Positions 50,352 through 61,362 of a stretch of 64,000 nt of DNA are shown in pieces. Below the pieces are notes generated by a model. It was not told the DNA's origin. It saw nothing but the letters and a program-made list of their open reading frames with translations, and ran no database searches. Source of the DNA: an uncultured bacterium. Its GTDB lineage: Bacteria > Margulisbacteria > WOR-1 > JAKLHX01. A program made the translations under genes and the position numbers. The first letter of the stretch is position 1; every line of letters begins with the position of its first letter. The DNA lies in contig CAZHHM010000003.1 in the NCBI GenBank assembly GCA_964532225.1, forward strand, positions 30,005 to 94,004. The letters run 5' to 3'.

Positions 50352-50699
50352 CTATATCAGCTCAAGCACAACTTTTTCGGCCGCATCGCCCCGACGCAGT
50401 CCGACGTGCGTGATCCTGGTGCATCCGCCTGCCTTATCCGCGAACCTGGTAGGCGCGGACTTAAAGAACTCAAGCGTTGATCTGTCGGGAAGTATGGACT
50501 TTGCCTTTCTCAGATTGGCAAGGCCTCCTCTTTTTGAGAGAGCCACCACTTTCTCGATGACCTTCCTTGCTTCCTTTGCCCTCTGTTTCGACGTCACTAT
50601 CTTGCCGTTCTTGATCACTGCCGTAGCCAAAGATATCAGCAGGGCTTTTCGCTGGTCGGTAGCCTTTGATAGTTTTCTGTAACCTTTTCTGTGCCTCAT
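50352..50699 (-). CDS. rplQ: 50S ribosomal protein L17
   Basis: MRHRKGYRKL, GGCTRI, RRGDAA. Confidence 0.97.
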   Translation of the reverse strand: MRHRKGYRKLSKATDQRKALLISLATAVIKNGKIVTSKQRAKEARKVIEKVVALSKRGGLANLRKAKSILPDRSTLEFFKSAPTRFADKAGGCTRITHVGLRRGDAAEKVVLELI

Positions 50700-51670
50700 T
50701 TCTTCTCTTCCTCGCTCACTTCCTCGTCCCCGGAGGTCTTTAACGAAAGGTTGTACTTCGAGAGCACGTCCTTTATCTCGTCATAGGACTTCTGGCCGAG
50801 GCTTTTTATTTTGATAACATCATTGTCCGTCATCTGTATCAGATCGGCGATAGTGTTTATCCCTGCTTTCTTGAGACAGTTCAGTGACCTTGATCCGATA
50901 CCCGTATCCTCGATGTTCATCTCAAGGATCGAGGCATCAGCCTCGGTCTGGCCCGGGATCTCGATCGCCAGCGAATCAGCTCTTTCACCGATGTGAATGA
51001 ACATGTTCACATGCTTTGCAAGTATCTCAGCTGCCTGTTTTACGGCCTCATCAGGCGTAAGCGATCCGTTCGTCCAAACATCAAGGACAAGCCTGTCATA
51101 ATTGATCTCCTGGCCTACTCTGACCTCTTCAGTGGTCAGGTTGACCTTTTTCACCGGTGAGAAGATCGAGTCGACAGGTATAGTGCCGATAGGCTGGTTC
51201 GGTTTTTTGTTCCTTTCTCCGGGAACGAAACCCGTACCCTTTTCCACGACCATCTCAATATTGAGCTTGCCGCCGCTTTCAAGCGTTGCGATGTGGTGGT
51301 CCGGATTGACTATCTCTACATCAGCGTCATGCTTGATATCGCCTGCTACTATAACGCCTTTTTTCTTTGCTTCGAGCTTGATTATCTTCGGAGAGTCGCT
51401 GAAGGATTTCACGACCATCTTCTTGATGTTCGCTATCAGCTGCAGCACATCCTCGACAACGTTCGGGATGGTCGAGAACTCATGTGAAACGTCCTCTATC
51501 CTTATTGAAGTGACGGCAGCTCCCTGCAGAGAGGAAAGGAGTACCCTCCTCAATGAGTTGCCTAGAGTTGCACCGTAACCCCTCTCAAGAGGTTCAACGA
51601 TGAACTTTCCGTACCCGTCTTCCTGCGGTTCATACTTGACCCATGGTTTTTCGCCGATCATTGACATCAT
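50696..51670 (-). CDS. rpoA: RNA polymerase alpha subunit
   Basis: EPLERGYGATLGNSLRRVLLSS, DSIFSPV, alpha-CTD RSLNCLK. Confidence 0.98.
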   Translation of the reverse strand: MMSMIGEKPWVKYEPQEDGYGKFIVEPLERGYGATLGNSLRRVLLSSLQGAAVTSIRIEDVSHEFSTIPNVVEDVLQLIANIKKMVVKSFSDSPKIIKLEAKKKGVIVAGDIKHDADVEIVNPDHHIATLESGGKLNIEMVVEKGTGFVPGERNKKPNQPIGTIPVDSIFSPVKKVNLTTEEVRVGQEINYDRLVLDVWTNGSLTPDEAVKQAAEILAKHVNMFIHIGERADSLAIEIPGQTEADASILEMNIEDTGIGSRSLNCLKKAGINTIADLIQMTDNDVIKIKSLGQKSYDEIKDVLSKYNLSLKTSGDEEVSEEEKK

Positions 51671-51680
51671 TCCTTGCCTC

Positions 51681-52301
51681 CTATCTTGAGTAAAACTCGA
51701 CTATCAGTCTCTCGTCGATAATATCGCCGATCTCTTCCCTGTTAGGCAGGGCCTGCACGGCCCCTTCAACCTTTGACATATCGGCCGTCAACCAGGACGG
51801 TACCTGTTTGTCTTTAAGCGATTCAACTGTCTTGAGGACCAACGGCCTGATCTTTTCTTTAACGCCTATCAGGTCCCCGACCTTCACTGTAAAGGAAGGC
51901 ACATTGACCTTTTTTGACTTTACCGTGATGTTACCGTTCCTTACCATCTGCCTGGCATGGTTCCTTGACGCGGCGAATCCCAGCCTGTACACCACGTTGT
52001 CGAGCCTTCTTTCAAGGAGTTCAAGCAGCTTTTCTCCTGTGGAGCTCTTTGATTTTGAGGCAAGTTCAAAATAGTTGCGGAACTGTCTCTCTCCGAGACC
52101 GTATATCCTTCTTGCCTTTTGTTTTTCCCTCAAACGGAGCCCGAATTCCGACTCCCTTATCTTGCCCTGTCCGTGCTGGCCGGGAGCGTATGATCTCTTC
52201 GCAAAAGGACACTTTGCCGAATAGCATTTTTCGCCTTTAAGGAAAAGCTTTGCCCCTTCCCTTCTGCACAGTTTACAAACCGACCCAGTGTGTCGTCCCA
52301 T
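51681..52301 (-). CDS. rpsD: 30S ribosomal protein S4
   Basis: [39 protein letters not shown]. Confidence 0.98.
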   Translation of the reverse strand: MGRHTGSVCKLCRREGAKLFLKGEKCYSAKCPFAKRSYAPGQHGQGKIRESEFGLRLREKQKARRIYGLGERQFRNYFELASKSKSSTGEKLLELLERRLDNVVYRLGFAASRNHARQMVRNGNITVKSKKVNVPSFTVKVGDLIGVKEKIRPLVLKTVESLKDKQVPSWLTADMSKVEGAVQALPNREEIGDIIDERLIVEFYSR

Positions 52302-52700
52302 TTACACTCTCCTTCTTTTTCTCGGCCTGCAGCCGTTGTGAGGTATAGGCGTTACGTCCTTGATAGAGCTTATCTCCATACCAGCGGCTTGAAGAGCCCT
52401 TATCGCTGTTTCCCTGCCTGAACCCGGGCCTTTAACAAGCACCGAGATCTCTTTCATCCCCATGTCTATGGCCTTTTTTGCGGCGTTCTCTGCAGCCAGC
52501 TGAGCCGCGAACGGAGTGCCTTTTTTAGTGCCTTTGAACCCGGCATTGCCTGAGGAAGCCCATGCGACAATGTTGCCTCTGTTGTCTGCAATAGAGACTA
52601 TCGTGTTGTTGAATGTAGCTTTTATGTGAGCTATGCCCTGGGCAGGAGCTCTCTTCTCTTTCTTCTTCTTTTTAACTGTTTCTTTTTCTGGTGTGGCCAT
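52302..52700 (-). CDS. rpsK: 30S ribosomal protein S11
   Basis: [24 protein letters not shown]. Confidence 0.98.
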   Translation of the reverse strand: MATPEKETVKKKKKEKRAPAQGIAHIKATFNNTIVSIADNRGNIVAWASSGNAGFKGTKKGTPFAAQLAAENAAKKAIDMGMKEISVLVKGPGSGRETAIRALQAAGMEISSIKDVTPIPHNGCRPRKRRRV

Positions 52701-52714
52701 TGATCATTTCTCCT

Positions 52715-53098
52715 TTATGTTTTTCCTTCTTCTTTTTTCCTGCCCGATCCGACCGTTTTTCTCTTTCCTCTTTTTGTCCTGGCATTGGTCTTGGTCCTTT
52801 GTCCGTGAACAGGGAGGCTTTTCCTGTGCCTGGAGCCTCGGTATGTACCGATATCGATGAGCCTCTTTACATTAAGAGATATCTCTTTTCTGAGATCCCC
52901 TTCAACGGAATATTCCTTAATGATCTCCCTTATCCTGACGATCTCGTCCTCAGTAAGGTCCTTAATGTGCGTGTTCTGATCGACCGACGCCTTTTTCAGG
53001 ATTTCTTTTGATTTCGTTGTCCCAACACCGTAAATATAGGTAAGACCTACAACGGCCCTTTTATTGTTCGGCAGATCAACACCAGCGATACGTGCCAT
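52715..53098 (-). CDS. rpsM: 30S ribosomal protein S13
   Basis: [31 protein letters not shown]. Start moved from 53188 to 53098. Confidence 0.98.
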   Translation of the reverse strand: MARIAGVDLPNNKRAVVGLTYIYGVGTTKSKEILKKASVDQNTHIKDLTEDEIVRIREIIKEYSVEGDLRKEISLNVKRLIDIGTYRGSRHRKSLPVHGQRTKTNARTKRGKRKTVGSGRKKEEGKT

Positions 53099-53112
53099 AT
53101 TCTCCCCCTTTT

Positions 53113-53226
53113 TTATCCTTGTCTTTGCTTGTGCTTTGGATTTTTGCAGATCACCCTTATGCTCCCGTGGCGGCGGACGATCTTGCAATTATCACACATT
53201 TTCTTTACCGATGATCTTACTTTCAT
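53113..53226 (-). CDS. rpmJ: 50S ribosomal protein L36, zinc-binding type (not in the ORF track)
   Basis: My translation: [37 protein letters not shown]. Confidence 0.97.
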   Translation of the reverse strand: MKVRSSVKKMCDNCKIVRRHGSIRVICKNPKHKQRQG

Positions 53227-53239
53227 TTCACACCTCTTT

Positions 53240-53461
53240 TTACTTTCCTCTGTAAGTTATCCTGCCTCTGGTCAGGTCATACGGCGACAACTCTACCTTG
53301 ACCTTATCACCGGGCAGTATCCTTATAAAGTTCTTCCTGATCTTACCAGAAACATGGGCCAGGATCATTTGCCCCGTCTCAAGCTTCACTCTGAAGAGCG
53401 CGCTCGGCAGAGCTTCGGTCACTTCGCCTTCGAACTCAATAACATCTTTGTCTTTTGTCAC
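53240..53461 (-). CDS. infA: Translation initiation factor IF-1
   Basis: [32 protein letters not shown]; GTG start. Confidence 0.98.
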   Translation of the reverse strand: MTKDKDVIEFEGEVTEALPSALFRVKLETGQMILAHVSGKIRKNFIRILPGDKVKVELSPYDLTRGRITYRGK

Positions 53462-54210
53462 CTTTGTATCCTTGTCAGGACCCTTGGGTCCCCTTCTGTG
53501 ATCAGTACCGTATGCTCAAAATGAGCGGACAGGCCCCTGTCCGCGGTCACTACGGTCCACCCGTCGTCAAGTGTTTCGATCTCATGCCCGCCGGTATTGA
53601 GCATCGGCTCTATCGCGAACACCATTCCCGGCTCGAGCTTGGGCCCGGTCCCCGGACTTCCGAAGTTCGGCACCAGCGGGTCTTCATGAAGGTTCTTCCC
53701 CACTCCGTGCCCGAACATGTCGCGAACTACGCTGTAACCGTTCTTTACCGCGTAAGTCTCTATCGCACTTGATACGTCCCCGATCCTTTTGCCTTTGCGG
53801 CACTGTTTTATGCCCCGCTCCAGGCATTCCCTTGTAACGGAAAGGAGAGTTTTAGCTTTCTTGCTTATCTCCCCTACAGGGAAGGTCTCGGCTACGTCGC
53901 CGTAATACCCGTCTATTATCGTCCCTACATCTATCCCGATGATATCGCCTTTCGAAAGCACCTTCTTTGAAGGTATCCCGTGAACTACCTCATCGTTGAT
54001 CGATAGGCAGGAAGCATGCCTGTACCCTCTGTAACCCTTGAACGCCGGCTTTGCCCCTGCTTTCCTGATCTCATCTTCAATGAACCTGTCGACCTCTTCA
54101 GTTGTTATGCCCGGTCCAACCAGCTTTCCGGCCATTTTCAGTACCTCAGCCGCTATCTGGCAGGCGCTCTCGATCGACCGGACCTCTTTATCGTTCTTTC
54201 TTATGATCAT
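53458..54210 (-). CDS. map: Methionine aminopeptidase type I
   Basis: [31 protein letters not shown]. Confidence 0.97.
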   Translation of the reverse strand: MIIRKNDKEVRSIESACQIAAEVLKMAGKLVGPGITTEEVDRFIEDEIRKAGAKPAFKGYRGYRHASCLSINDEVVHGIPSKKVLSKGDIIGIDVGTIIDGYYGDVAETFPVGEISKKAKTLLSVTRECLERGIKQCRKGKRIGDVSSAIETYAVKNGYSVVRDMFGHGVGKNLHEDPLVPNFGSPGTGPKLEPGMVFAIEPMLNTGGHEIETLDDGWTVVTADRGLSAHFEHTVLITEGDPRVLTRIQR

Positions 54211-54824
54211 ATCGCTGATCTGATACTGTCGAGTATCGATCTCAGCTCGCCGACACCGTTTATCTTGACAAGGATATCCGAATAATGCTTTATCAGAGGA
54301 GATGTTTCCGACTCATAAACGTCGAACCTTTTGTTTATCGTCACTTCGTTATCATCAGGTCTAATATAAAGGCTCCCGCCGCATGAATCGCAGACATCCT
54401 CGACCTTAGGCCGCTTTGTAACTATGTGATAGACTGATCCGCAGCTCTTGCAGCTTCTTCTGCCGGAGAGCCTTTTGACTATTTCCTGCCTAGGCACATC
54501 GATATAGACGACCTTGTCGAGCTTTACGAAATCAGATATGAACTTTGCCTGTGAGACTGTTCTCGGATATCCGTCAAGGATGAACCCCTTTTTTGCATTA
54601 GCTGTTATAGCCTCTTTCGCTATCTCATTGACCACGTCATCGGGTACCAGCATTCCTTTATTGATAAAGTCCGCCGCCTTCTTCCCGACTTCTGTTTGGT
54701 TCTTTATGGCCTCACGGAGTATATCACCCATCGATATATGAGCTATCTTAAGCTCGGTTGCGAGCATCTTTGCCTGTGTACCTTTGCCTCCTCCCGGAGG
54801 GCCTAAGAATAAAAGCTTCTTCAT
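54207..54824 (-). CDS. adk: Adenylate kinase with a zinc-binding LID
   Basis: GPPGGGKGTQ, LDGYPRT, CKSC...CDSC. Confidence 0.97.
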   Translation of the reverse strand: MKKLLFLGPPGGGKGTQAKMLATELKIAHISMGDILREAIKNQTEVGKKAADFINKGMLVPDDVVNEIAKEAITANAKKGFILDGYPRTVSQAKFISDFVKLDKVVYIDVPRQEIVKRLSGRRSCKSCGSVYHIVTKRPKVEDVCDSCGGSLYIRPDDNEVTINKRFDVYESETSPLIKHYSDILVKINGVGELRSILDSIRSAI

Positions 54825-56083
54825 ACGAGCAGCCTTTCGTATTGTCTTGTTATCAGATGCGCTTCTATCTGCCTGACCAGGTCAAGAGCCACACCCACAA
54901 CGATAAGCAATGCTGTCGCCCCCAGTCCCTGGAACGTGGTTATATGGGTCAGCCCTTCGACGATGGTAGGGATGACCGCGACCGTCGAAAGGAAGAGAGC
55001 GCCTACAAGGGTCAGCCTTGTAACGATATATTCAAGATATTCCGCAGTCGGCTTTCCCGGCCTTATCCCTGTAACGAACCCGCCGTATTTCTTGATGTTA
55101 TCGGCAAGCTCCGTAGGGTTAAAGGTTATAGCTGTATAGAAATATGTAAAAAAGAATATCAATGCGAAATAGAGCACCATATACAGAGAGCCTGACGGCG
55201 ACAGCGCGTTGACCAGCCCTCTAAATATATCATTGGGTATGAACTGTGCTATCGTAGCAGGGAACAACAGGAATGACGATGCAAAGATGATAGGGATGAC
55301 GCCTCCCTGGTTCAGCTTAATAGGTATATAAGTGCTTTGGCCTCCGTACACCTTCCTGCCGACTACCCTTTTTGCATACTGTACCTGTACCCTTCTCTGT
55401 GCTTCCTGGACAAGAACTATTGCGACGATCATTATCAGGAAAACCGTCAAAAGGACTATCAATCCTGTGGCGCTTGCTCCGCCTTTGAGAATGGTAGCGG
55501 TCTGTCCGATATATGAAGGGATCCTGGCAACTATGCCTATAAAAATGATCAGCGATGCTCCGTTACCGATGCCTCTTTCGGTCACTAGCTCTGATATCCA
55601 CATAAGGAAAGCTGTGCCAGCTGTCAGCGATACTACGGTGGACACAAGGAAAAGAGTAAAACTGACCTCGTCCTGCGTAACACCTTTCAGCCAGAACGCC
55701 ATCCCGATCGACTGGATCGTAGCAAAAACTATGGTAAGGTATTTTGTATATTGAGCGATCTGCTTCCTTCCCGAATCCCCTTCTTTCTTCAGCTCTTCAA
55801 GCTGAGGGATCACTGCTGAAAGCAGCTGCATTACGATAGATGCGTTGATATAGGGAACGATGCCCATCGCGAATATCGAGAACTTGACCAATGCTCCTCC
55901 TGTAAAGAGATCAAGGAAACTGAGCAGGTTGGCCTGTCCGAATATTCCCGCGAGCTTTGAAGCGTCTATACCGGGAACGGAAATATGCGCACCAAAACGA
56001 AAAACGGCGATCATCAATACAGTGAAGATCACCCTTTTCCTAAGGTCCTCGATATTGAATATTCCGGTAATGTTATTGAGCAT
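54821..56083 (-). CDS. secY: Preprotein translocase SecY
   Basis: SIFAMGIVPYINASI, GIGNGASL, IPIKLNQGGVIPIIFA, GIRPG. Confidence 0.98.
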   Translation of the reverse strand: MLNNITGIFNIEDLRKRVIFTVLMIAVFRFGAHISVPGIDASKLAGIFGQANLLSFLDLFTGGALVKFSIFAMGIVPYINASIVMQLLSAVIPQLEELKKEGDSGRKQIAQYTKYLTIVFATIQSIGMAFWLKGVTQDEVSFTLFLVSTVVSLTAGTAFLMWISELVTERGIGNGASLIIFIGIVARIPSYIGQTATILKGGASATGLIVLLTVFLIMIVAIVLVQEAQRRVQVQYAKRVVGRKVYGGQSTYIPIKLNQGGVIPIIFASSFLLFPATIAQFIPNDIFRGLVNALSPSGSLYMVLYFALIFFFTYFYTAITFNPTELADNIKKYGGFVTGIRPGKPTAEYLEYIVTRLTLVGALFLSTVAVIPTIVEGLTHITTFQGLGATALLIVVGVALDLVRQIEAHLITRQYERLLV

Positions 56084-56540
56084 TTGGGATTATCGCTTTA
56101 CCTCCGGCCTTTTCTATCTTTGCGATAGCATCCGCGCTGAACTTATCAGCTTCGATCGTCATCGCCTTCTTTATTTCGCCTTTTCCGAGCACTTTTACCT
56201 GTAAAAGGATCTTCTTCTCTGATGAAGAGAAGAACCTTTCTTTAAGCATCTGGACGGTCACTTTTTCTCCCGCGTCGAATACGTTAAGGTCCTGGACGTT
56301 AATGATATTGTAAGCGCGCTTGAACGGATAGTTCTTGAACGTTCCCATCTTGGGAAGCCTTCTGTAGAGAGGTGTTTGTCCTCCTTCGAACCTTAGACCT
56401 TTTGTCCCCCCCGACCTGCTTTTCTGTCCTTTATGTCCGCGGCATGCTGTCTTGCCGTGGCCCGAACCGGTACCTCTCCCGACCTTTTTTTTCTTTTTAT
56501 AAGAGCCTTTTGCTCTCTTAAGCTGCGATAACATTATCAT
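56073..56540 (-). CDS. rplO: 50S ribosomal protein L15
   Basis: VGRGTGSGHGKT..RGHKGQKSRSG..FEGGQTPL.RRLPK. Confidence 0.97.
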   Translation of the reverse strand: MIMLSQLKRAKGSYKKKKKVGRGTGSGHGKTACRGHKGQKSRSGGTKGLRFEGGQTPLYRRLPKMGTFKNYPFKRAYNIINVQDLNVFDAGEKVTVQMLKERFFSSSEKKILLQVKVLGKGEIKKAMTIEADKFSADAIAKIEKAGGKAIIPNAQ

Positions 56541-57060
56541 TTTTTTCTACTCCAACCGCCTTTGATTTTAAAACCACGCCTCTGAGCTCCGATTCTTCCT
56601 CGCTCTTCTTGAGGTTAGTCAAAGCATTCAGCGTTGACCTTGCAACGTTTATCGAATTTGCCGACCCGATCGATTTTGCGACTATGTTCCTTACTCCGGC
56701 CAGCTCAAGCACGGTACGAACCGGCCCGCCTGCAATAACACCTTTTCCTGAGGGTGCCGTTCTCAGGACTGTCATGGAAGAGGAGAACTTCCCTTCGCAA
56801 TCGTGAGGTATAGTTCCCGATATCAGAGGCACGTGGACGAGGTTCTTCTTACCGTCCTCGACTGCTTTTCTGATGGCAGATGCAACTTCATTGGCTTTGC
56901 CTATGCCCATGCCCACCCTTCCGGCCTCATCACCTATAACGACTACTGCGCGGAAGCTCATCTTCTTTCCGCCTTTCACCACTTTGGTCACCCTGGAAAT
57001 CTGGACGACCTTTTCTTTGAACTCCTTTTCGCTGTCGTTATGTCTGTATTCTTGAGCCAT
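56518..57060 (-). CDS. rpsE: 30S ribosomal protein S5
   Basis: RVTKVVKGG, GKANEV, GVIAGGP.R.VLELAG. Confidence 0.97.
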   Translation of the reverse strand: MAQEYRHNDSEKEFKEKVVQISRVTKVVKGGKKMSFRAVVVIGDEAGRVGMGIGKANEVASAIRKAVEDGKKNLVHVPLISGTIPHDCEGKFSSSMTVLRTAPSGKGVIAGGPVRTVLELAGVRNIVAKSIGSANSINVARSTLNALTNLKKSEEESELRGVVLKSKAVGVEKNDNVIAA

Positions 57061-57079
57061 CTTTTCTCCTTTTTCGTAC

Positions 57080-57400
57080 CTAGAATTTCAACCCGGCCTG
57101 CCTCGCGGCATCTGCCAGGGCTTTTACTTTGCCGTGGTATCTTTTCGGGCCTCTGTCGAAAACGACCGTCTCTACCCCGACCTTCTTCGCCCTTTCAGCC
57201 AGCATTGTCCCTATCTTCTTAGCTGACTCGACGTTTGAGGAAAGTTTTTTCTTTCCGAACTCTTTGTCTAGCGTTGACGCGGCTGCAAGTGTCTTTCCCT
57301 CGATATCATCGATCACCTGCGCGTAGATATGGCTTAATGTGACTGTTGTCCTGAGCCTGGGCCTAGTTTTTGATCCTTTGATCACTTGTTTCTTTGCCAT
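57080..57400 (-). CDS. rplR: 50S ribosomal protein L18
   Basis: [34 protein letters not shown]. Confidence 0.97.
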   Translation of the reverse strand: MAKKQVIKGSKTRPRLRTTVTLSHIYAQVIDDIEGKTLAAASTLDKEFGKKKLSSNVESAKKIGTMLAERAKKVGVETVVFDRGPKRYHGKVKALADAARQAGLKF

Positions 57401-57403
57401 TTT

Positions 57404-57952
57404 TTAAGCTCCTGCCTTGGCGGCCGCTTTTCCGGCCTTTCTTCTTACATACTGACCCTGATATCTGATGCCCTTGCCTTTATACGGCTCAACAGGCCTT
57501 ACGTATTTTATGTTCGAGGCTACCTGTCCTACCACCTGTTTGTCCAGCCCGACCACTTTTACTTTTGTCTGTCCTTCGACAACGAATTCTATCCCGTCCG
57601 GAGGAATGACCTCAACCGGATGAGAATATCCCATCGAAAGTACAAGCTTTTTTCCTTCTTTAGCAGCCCTGTAACCAACGCCCTGTATCTCGAGCTCTTT
57701 CGTGAATCCTGTCGAAACACCTGTGACCATATTGCTGAGCAGGGCCCTGAAAAGCCCGTGCATCGATCTAATGCCCTTTTCCTCTGAAGATCTTGATAAT
57801 GTAGCCTTGCCGTTCTCCACCTTTACTGAGATACCGGCATCTATGTTCTGCTTTAAGGTCCCTTTTGGTCCCTTGACCGTCATTACCCCTTTCTCGATAG
57901 TTATGTTCACTCCGGAAGGGATATTTATTACAGCTTTACCGATTCTTGACAT
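57404..57952 (-). CDS. rplF: 50S ribosomal protein L6
   Basis: MSRIGK, GVGYRA, EPYKGKGIRY. Confidence 0.98.
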   Translation of the reverse strand: MSRIGKAVINIPSGVNITIEKGVMTVKGPKGTLKQNIDAGISVKVENGKATLSRSSEEKGIRSMHGLFRALLSNMVTGVSTGFTKELEIQGVGYRAAKEGKKLVLSMGYSHPVEVIPPDGIEFVVEGQTKVKVVGLDKQVVGQVASNIKYVRPVEPYKGKGIRYQGQYVRRKAGKAAAKAGA

Positions 57953-57958
57953 TTTTCC

Positions 57959-58357
57959 TTACCATACCTTACAGAGGATCTCTCCTCCGACACCCTTCTT
58001 CCTTGCTTCTTTGTCGGTCATGATTCCGCTCGACGTCGATACGATAGATGTTCCGAAACCGCTCTGTACTGTCGGGATCTTAGTCGCGGAATAATAAAGA
58101 TGCCTGCCCGGCGTGCTTATCCTCTTGATGCCGTTCATCACGTTCTCTTTGTTCCTGCGGTACTTAAGCCCCATTACAAGAGTTGATTTGTGCCCTTTTG
58201 TCTGTACCTCAAAATCAGAGATATAACCCTCGGATTTAAGCACCTTAGCTATCTCTGCTTTTAATTTTGATGACGGGAGTTCAAGGCTGGTCCTTTTTGT
58301 CCTGATTGCGTTCCGGATCCTTGAAATCATATCTCCGATCGGGTCATTTATGGTCAT
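57959..58357 (-). CDS. rpsH: 30S ribosomal protein S8
   Basis: DPIGDMISRIRNA, ISTPGR, STSSGIMT..EAR..GVGGE. Confidence 0.98.
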   Translation of the reverse strand: MTINDPIGDMISRIRNAIRTKRTSLELPSSKLKAEIAKVLKSEGYISDFEVQTKGHKSTLVMGLKYRRNKENVMNGIKRISTPGRHLYYSATKIPTVQSGFGTSIVSTSSGIMTDKEARKKGVGGEILCKVW

Positions 58358-58379
58358 CACTTGCTCCTTTATTAATGTC

Positions 58380-58565
58380 TTACCAGCTCGATTTGGTAAC
58401 GCCGGGAAGAGCCCCTTCGTGCGCCAATTTCCTGAAACATATCCTGCAGAGACCGAACTTTTTTAAATAGGCCCTCGGTCTTCCGCACTGTTTGCATCTG
58501 GACTTTCTCCTTGTGGAGAACTTTACTTTTTTCTTCTGTTTTGCAAGCCATGAGGTCTTTCCCAT
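58380..58565 (-). CDS. rpsN: 30S ribosomal protein S14, zinc type
   Basis: [25 protein letters not shown]. Confidence 0.98.
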   Translation of the reverse strand: MGKTSWLAKQKKKVKFSTRRKSRCKQCGRPRAYLKKFGLCRICFRKLAHEGALPGVTKSSW

Positions 58566-58575
58566 TTTTTACTCC

Positions 58576-59115
58576 TTAGGTCCTGAAAGGCATCCCCATA
58601 TATTTTATGAGGGCTCTTGCGCTGTCATCGTCCTTGGCGCTGGTGCATATAGTGATATCCATTCCTCTCACCTTATCGACCTTGTCATAGTTGATCTCAG
58701 GGAATATCAGCTGTTCGGTTATACCAAGAGTATAGTTACCTCTGCCGTCAAAAGCCTTCGGGGAGACGCCCTTGAAATCCCTTATCCTCGGAAGGCAGAT
58801 GTTGATCAGCTTATCAAGGAACTGGTACATCCTTTTGCCTCTCAGAGTGACCTTGCATCCTATCGTCTGCTTTGCCCTCAGCTTGAAGTTCGAGATTGAT
58901 TTTTTTGCTTTTGTCGCCAACGGTTTCTGCCCTGTTATCACGGCGATCTCCTCGATTGCCGCATCCAGTCCCTTCGGATTTGAAACAGCCTCACCTATCC
59001 CTCTGTTGACCACCACTTTGGTCACTTTAGGTACTTCATGAGGGTTCTTGAACTGGAACTCTTTCATCAGCAGCTGTTTTATCTCTTTTTCGTATTTTGT
59101 CTTAAGGTCTTTCAT
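58576..59115 (-). CDS. rplE: 50S ribosomal protein L5
   Basis: [31 protein letters not shown]. Confidence 0.98.
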   Translation of the reverse strand: MKDLKTKYEKEIKQLLMKEFQFKNPHEVPKVTKVVVNRGIGEAVSNPKGLDAAIEEIAVITGQKPLATKAKKSISNFKLRAKQTIGCKVTLRGKRMYQFLDKLINICLPRIRDFKGVSPKAFDGRGNYTLGITEQLIFPEINYDKVDKVRGMDITICTSAKDDDSARALIKYMGMPFRT

Positions 59116-59116
59116 T

Positions 59117-59425
59117 TCATTTCACCTTGTCTATCACTTCATTGCATTTTTTGCATGCCCTGAAGCCGTCCTTTTTTGCGAGCCTAGTCGGCTTTGAGCA
59201 ATGCGGGCAGACGACCATGAGCTTTGACAGGGAGATCGGGATCAGCTTATCAACTATTCCTCCCGGAAAGTTCCTTGTCGGCTTCGAGTGCCTTTTGGCC
59301 ACATTGACCTTTTCTACTATAGCCGTGCCTTCTTTTGGGTGCACTTTCTGGACTTTTGATTTCTTGCCTTTGTCCTTACCTGAAAGGACCAGTACAGTAT
59401 CGCCTTTTTTTACTCTTGGTTGCAT
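59117..59425 (-). CDS. rplX: 50S ribosomal protein L24
   Basis: [16 protein letters not shown] (KOW). Confidence 0.97.
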   Translation of the reverse strand: MQPRVKKGDTVLVLSGKDKGKKSKVQKVHPKEGTAIVEKVNVAKRHSKPTRNFPGGIVDKLIPISLSKLMVVCPHCSKPTRLAKKDGFRACKKCNEVIDKVK

Positions 59426-59426
59426 A

Positions 59427-59795
59427 TTAGATCACCTCTATAGCAAGGGATATTATTTTCATGTAGTCCTTGTCCCTGAGCTCCCTTGCGACAGGACCGA
59501 ACACCCTTGTCCCGACCGGATTGCCCTGATCGTTTATTATCACGGCAGCGTTGTCATCGAACCTAACGTACGAGCCGTCATCCCTTCTGATCGGCTTGGT
59601 CACCCTTACGATCACAGCCTTTACGATCTGGCTCTTTTTTACGGTCATGTTGGGAGTGGCGTCCTTAACGACACCGATAATGACATCACCAACTTCGGCA
59701 TATCGCCTGTACGAATTGCCGAGTATCCTCACACAGAGGATCTGTTTCGCGCCTGAATTGTCAGCTACATTAAGCCTGGTCTGTACTTGGATCAT
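59427..59795 (-). CDS. rplN: 50S ribosomal protein L14
   Basis: [37 protein letters not shown]. Confidence 0.98.
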   Translation of the reverse strand: MIQVQTRLNVADNSGAKQILCVRILGNSYRRYAEVGDVIIGVVKDATPNMTVKKSQIVKAVIVRVTKPIRRDDGSYVRFDDNAAVIINDQGNPVGTRVFGPVARELRDKDYMKIISLAIEVI

Positions 59796-60066
59796 TTTCC
59801 TTCACTATTCCTTTATGTCCTACTACTTTTTCGACCCTCCATCTTTTCTTTTTTGACAGGGGTCTGATCTCGACTATTACAACCTGATCGCCGATCTTGC
59901 ACTCGTTCTTTTCGTCATGCGCAGCGAACTTGACGTTCTTCTTGATCACTTTATGGTAAAGCGGATGCTTGAACACCATCTCAACAGAGACGACCGCGGT
60001 CTTGTCGTTCTTGTTGCTTACCACAACGCCTTGTTTACTTTTTCTTTTTTCCGGCCTTTTTTGCAT
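59770..60066 (-). CDS. rpsQ: 30S ribosomal protein S17
   Basis: GVVVSNK.DKT, HPLY.K, AHDE, GD.V.I.E.RPLSK.KRW. Start moved to 60066 behind an AAGGAG SD. Confidence 0.96.
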   Translation of the reverse strand: MQKRPEKRKSKQGVVVSNKNDKTAVVSVEMVFKHPLYHKVIKKNVKFAAHDEKNECKIGDQVVIVEIRPLSKKKRWRVEKVVGHKGIVKENDPSTDQA

Positions 60067-60250
60067 TTTCCTTCTCCTTGATGATCGTAAGGGTCCTGGC
60101 AATATCCTTTTTCAGAGAACCCTTTTTAAGGAGGTTCTTTAGCTGATTCGTCGACGCCATGAACCTGGTCTTAAGAAGCTCAAGCCTCAGCTCTTTAAGC
60201 TTTGACTGGAGTTCGTTCACCGACATTTCCCTGACCTTTGATGCTTTCAT
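60035..60250 (-). CDS. rpmC: 50S ribosomal protein L29
   Basis: EL..LR, QL.N, KKDIAR.LT; position between rplP and rpsQ. Confidence 0.93.
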   Translation of the reverse strand: MKASKVREMSVNELQSKLKELRLELLKTRFMASTNQLKNLLKKGSLKKDIARTLTIIKEKENAKKAGKKKK

Positions 60251-60253
60251 TGT

Positions 60254-60664
60254 TTACACCTTCGAAACGAATCTGGTCTTTACCGGCATCTTGTGCGCGG
60301 CAAGCCTCATCGCTTCCATTGCTTCTTCTTTTTTTACGCCTGAAAGCTCGAACAATATCGTTCCGGGTTTTACCGGGGCCACGAAGAACTCAGGCGCGCC
60401 TTTTCCGCCGCCCATCCTTGTCTCCGCGGGCCTTGAGCTGTACGGCTTATCGGCCAGTATCCTTATCCAGACCTTCCCGCCCCTTTTGATGAAGTGGGTA
60501 AGTGCTTTTCTCGCAGATTCGATCTGCTTGACCCTCAGCCATGCCTGATCAAGGCATTGAAGTCCGAAATCGCCGAACGCAAGTGTGTTGCCCCTTGTGG
60601 CGGCGCCTTTCATCGTCCCTCTTTGCTGTTTCCTGAACTTTGTTCTTCCCGGTTGCAGTACCAT
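60254..60664 (-). CDS. rplP: 50S ribosomal protein L16
   Basis: [29 protein letters not shown]. Confidence 0.98.
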   Translation of the reverse strand: MVLQPGRTKFRKQQRGTMKGAATRGNTLAFGDFGLQCLDQAWLRVKQIESARKALTHFIKRGGKVWIRILADKPYSSRPAETRMGGGKGAPEFFVAPVKPGTILFELSGVKKEEAMEAMRLAAHKMPVKTRFVSKV

Positions 60665-60672
60665 TATTTACC

Positions 60673-61362
60673 TCACATCGTCTGAGATGATACGACCCTT
60701 GCTTCGGGTGTCATCTCGACTTTCTTTTCCTTTTCGGCCAGGACGTCGCCGCGGTAGACCCACACCTTGATGCCGATCTTTCCGTAAAGCGTCATCGCCT
60801 CGGTAAAACCATACTCTATCTTCGCCCTTAGGGTGTGCAGAGGCACCTGCCCTCTTCTGTACCATTCGGACCTTGCTATTTCGGCCCCGCCAAGCCTGCC
60901 TCCGACCATTATCTTTATACCTTTTGCCCCTGTCCTTAGCGCTTTCATGACCGCCTGTCTCATCGCCCTTCTGAAAGCGATCCTTTTTTCAAGCTGCATA
61001 GCTATGTTCTCGGCTACGAGCTGCGGATTTGACTCAGGGTTCTTCACCTCATGTATGTTGAGCTGGATCTGTTTCTTGGTCATAAGGACTATTTCGTCCC
61101 TGATCACACCAACATCTTTGCCGCCTTTTCCTATTATGACGCCCGGCCTGGCCGTGTATATGTCTATCTCTATCTGGTTAGCGCGTCTTGATATCTTGAT
61201 CCTTGCGATACCGGCTTTGTACAGCCTCTTCTTGAGATGGTCCCTAACCTTGAGGTCCTCCTGAAGGTTATCAGAGTAAGCGTTGCCTTCTGCGTACCAG
61301 GAGCTGTCCCACTCTTCGTTGACCCCGAGCCTCAGCCCCCTTGGATGTATCTTTTGACCCAT
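60673..61362 (-). CDS. rpsC: 30S ribosomal protein S3
   Basis: [37 protein letters not shown]. Confidence 0.98.
   Translation of the reverse strand: MGQKIHPRGLRLGVNEEWDSSWYAEGNAYSDNLQEDLKVRDHLKKRLYKAGIARIKISRRANQIEIDIYTARPGVIIGKGGKDVGVIRDEIVLMTKKQIQLNIHEVKNPESNPQLVAENIAMQLEKRIAFRRAMRQAVMKALRTGAKGIKIMVGGRLGGAEIARSEWYRRGQVPLHTLRAKIEYGFTEAMTLYGKIGIKVWVYRGDVLAEKEKKVEMTPEARVVSSQTM

Noticed and set aside
53099-53188. 30-aa N-terminal extension of S13 in the ORF track
   Set aside because: It overlaps rpmJ in another frame; the canonical MARIAG start at 53098 has its own SD.
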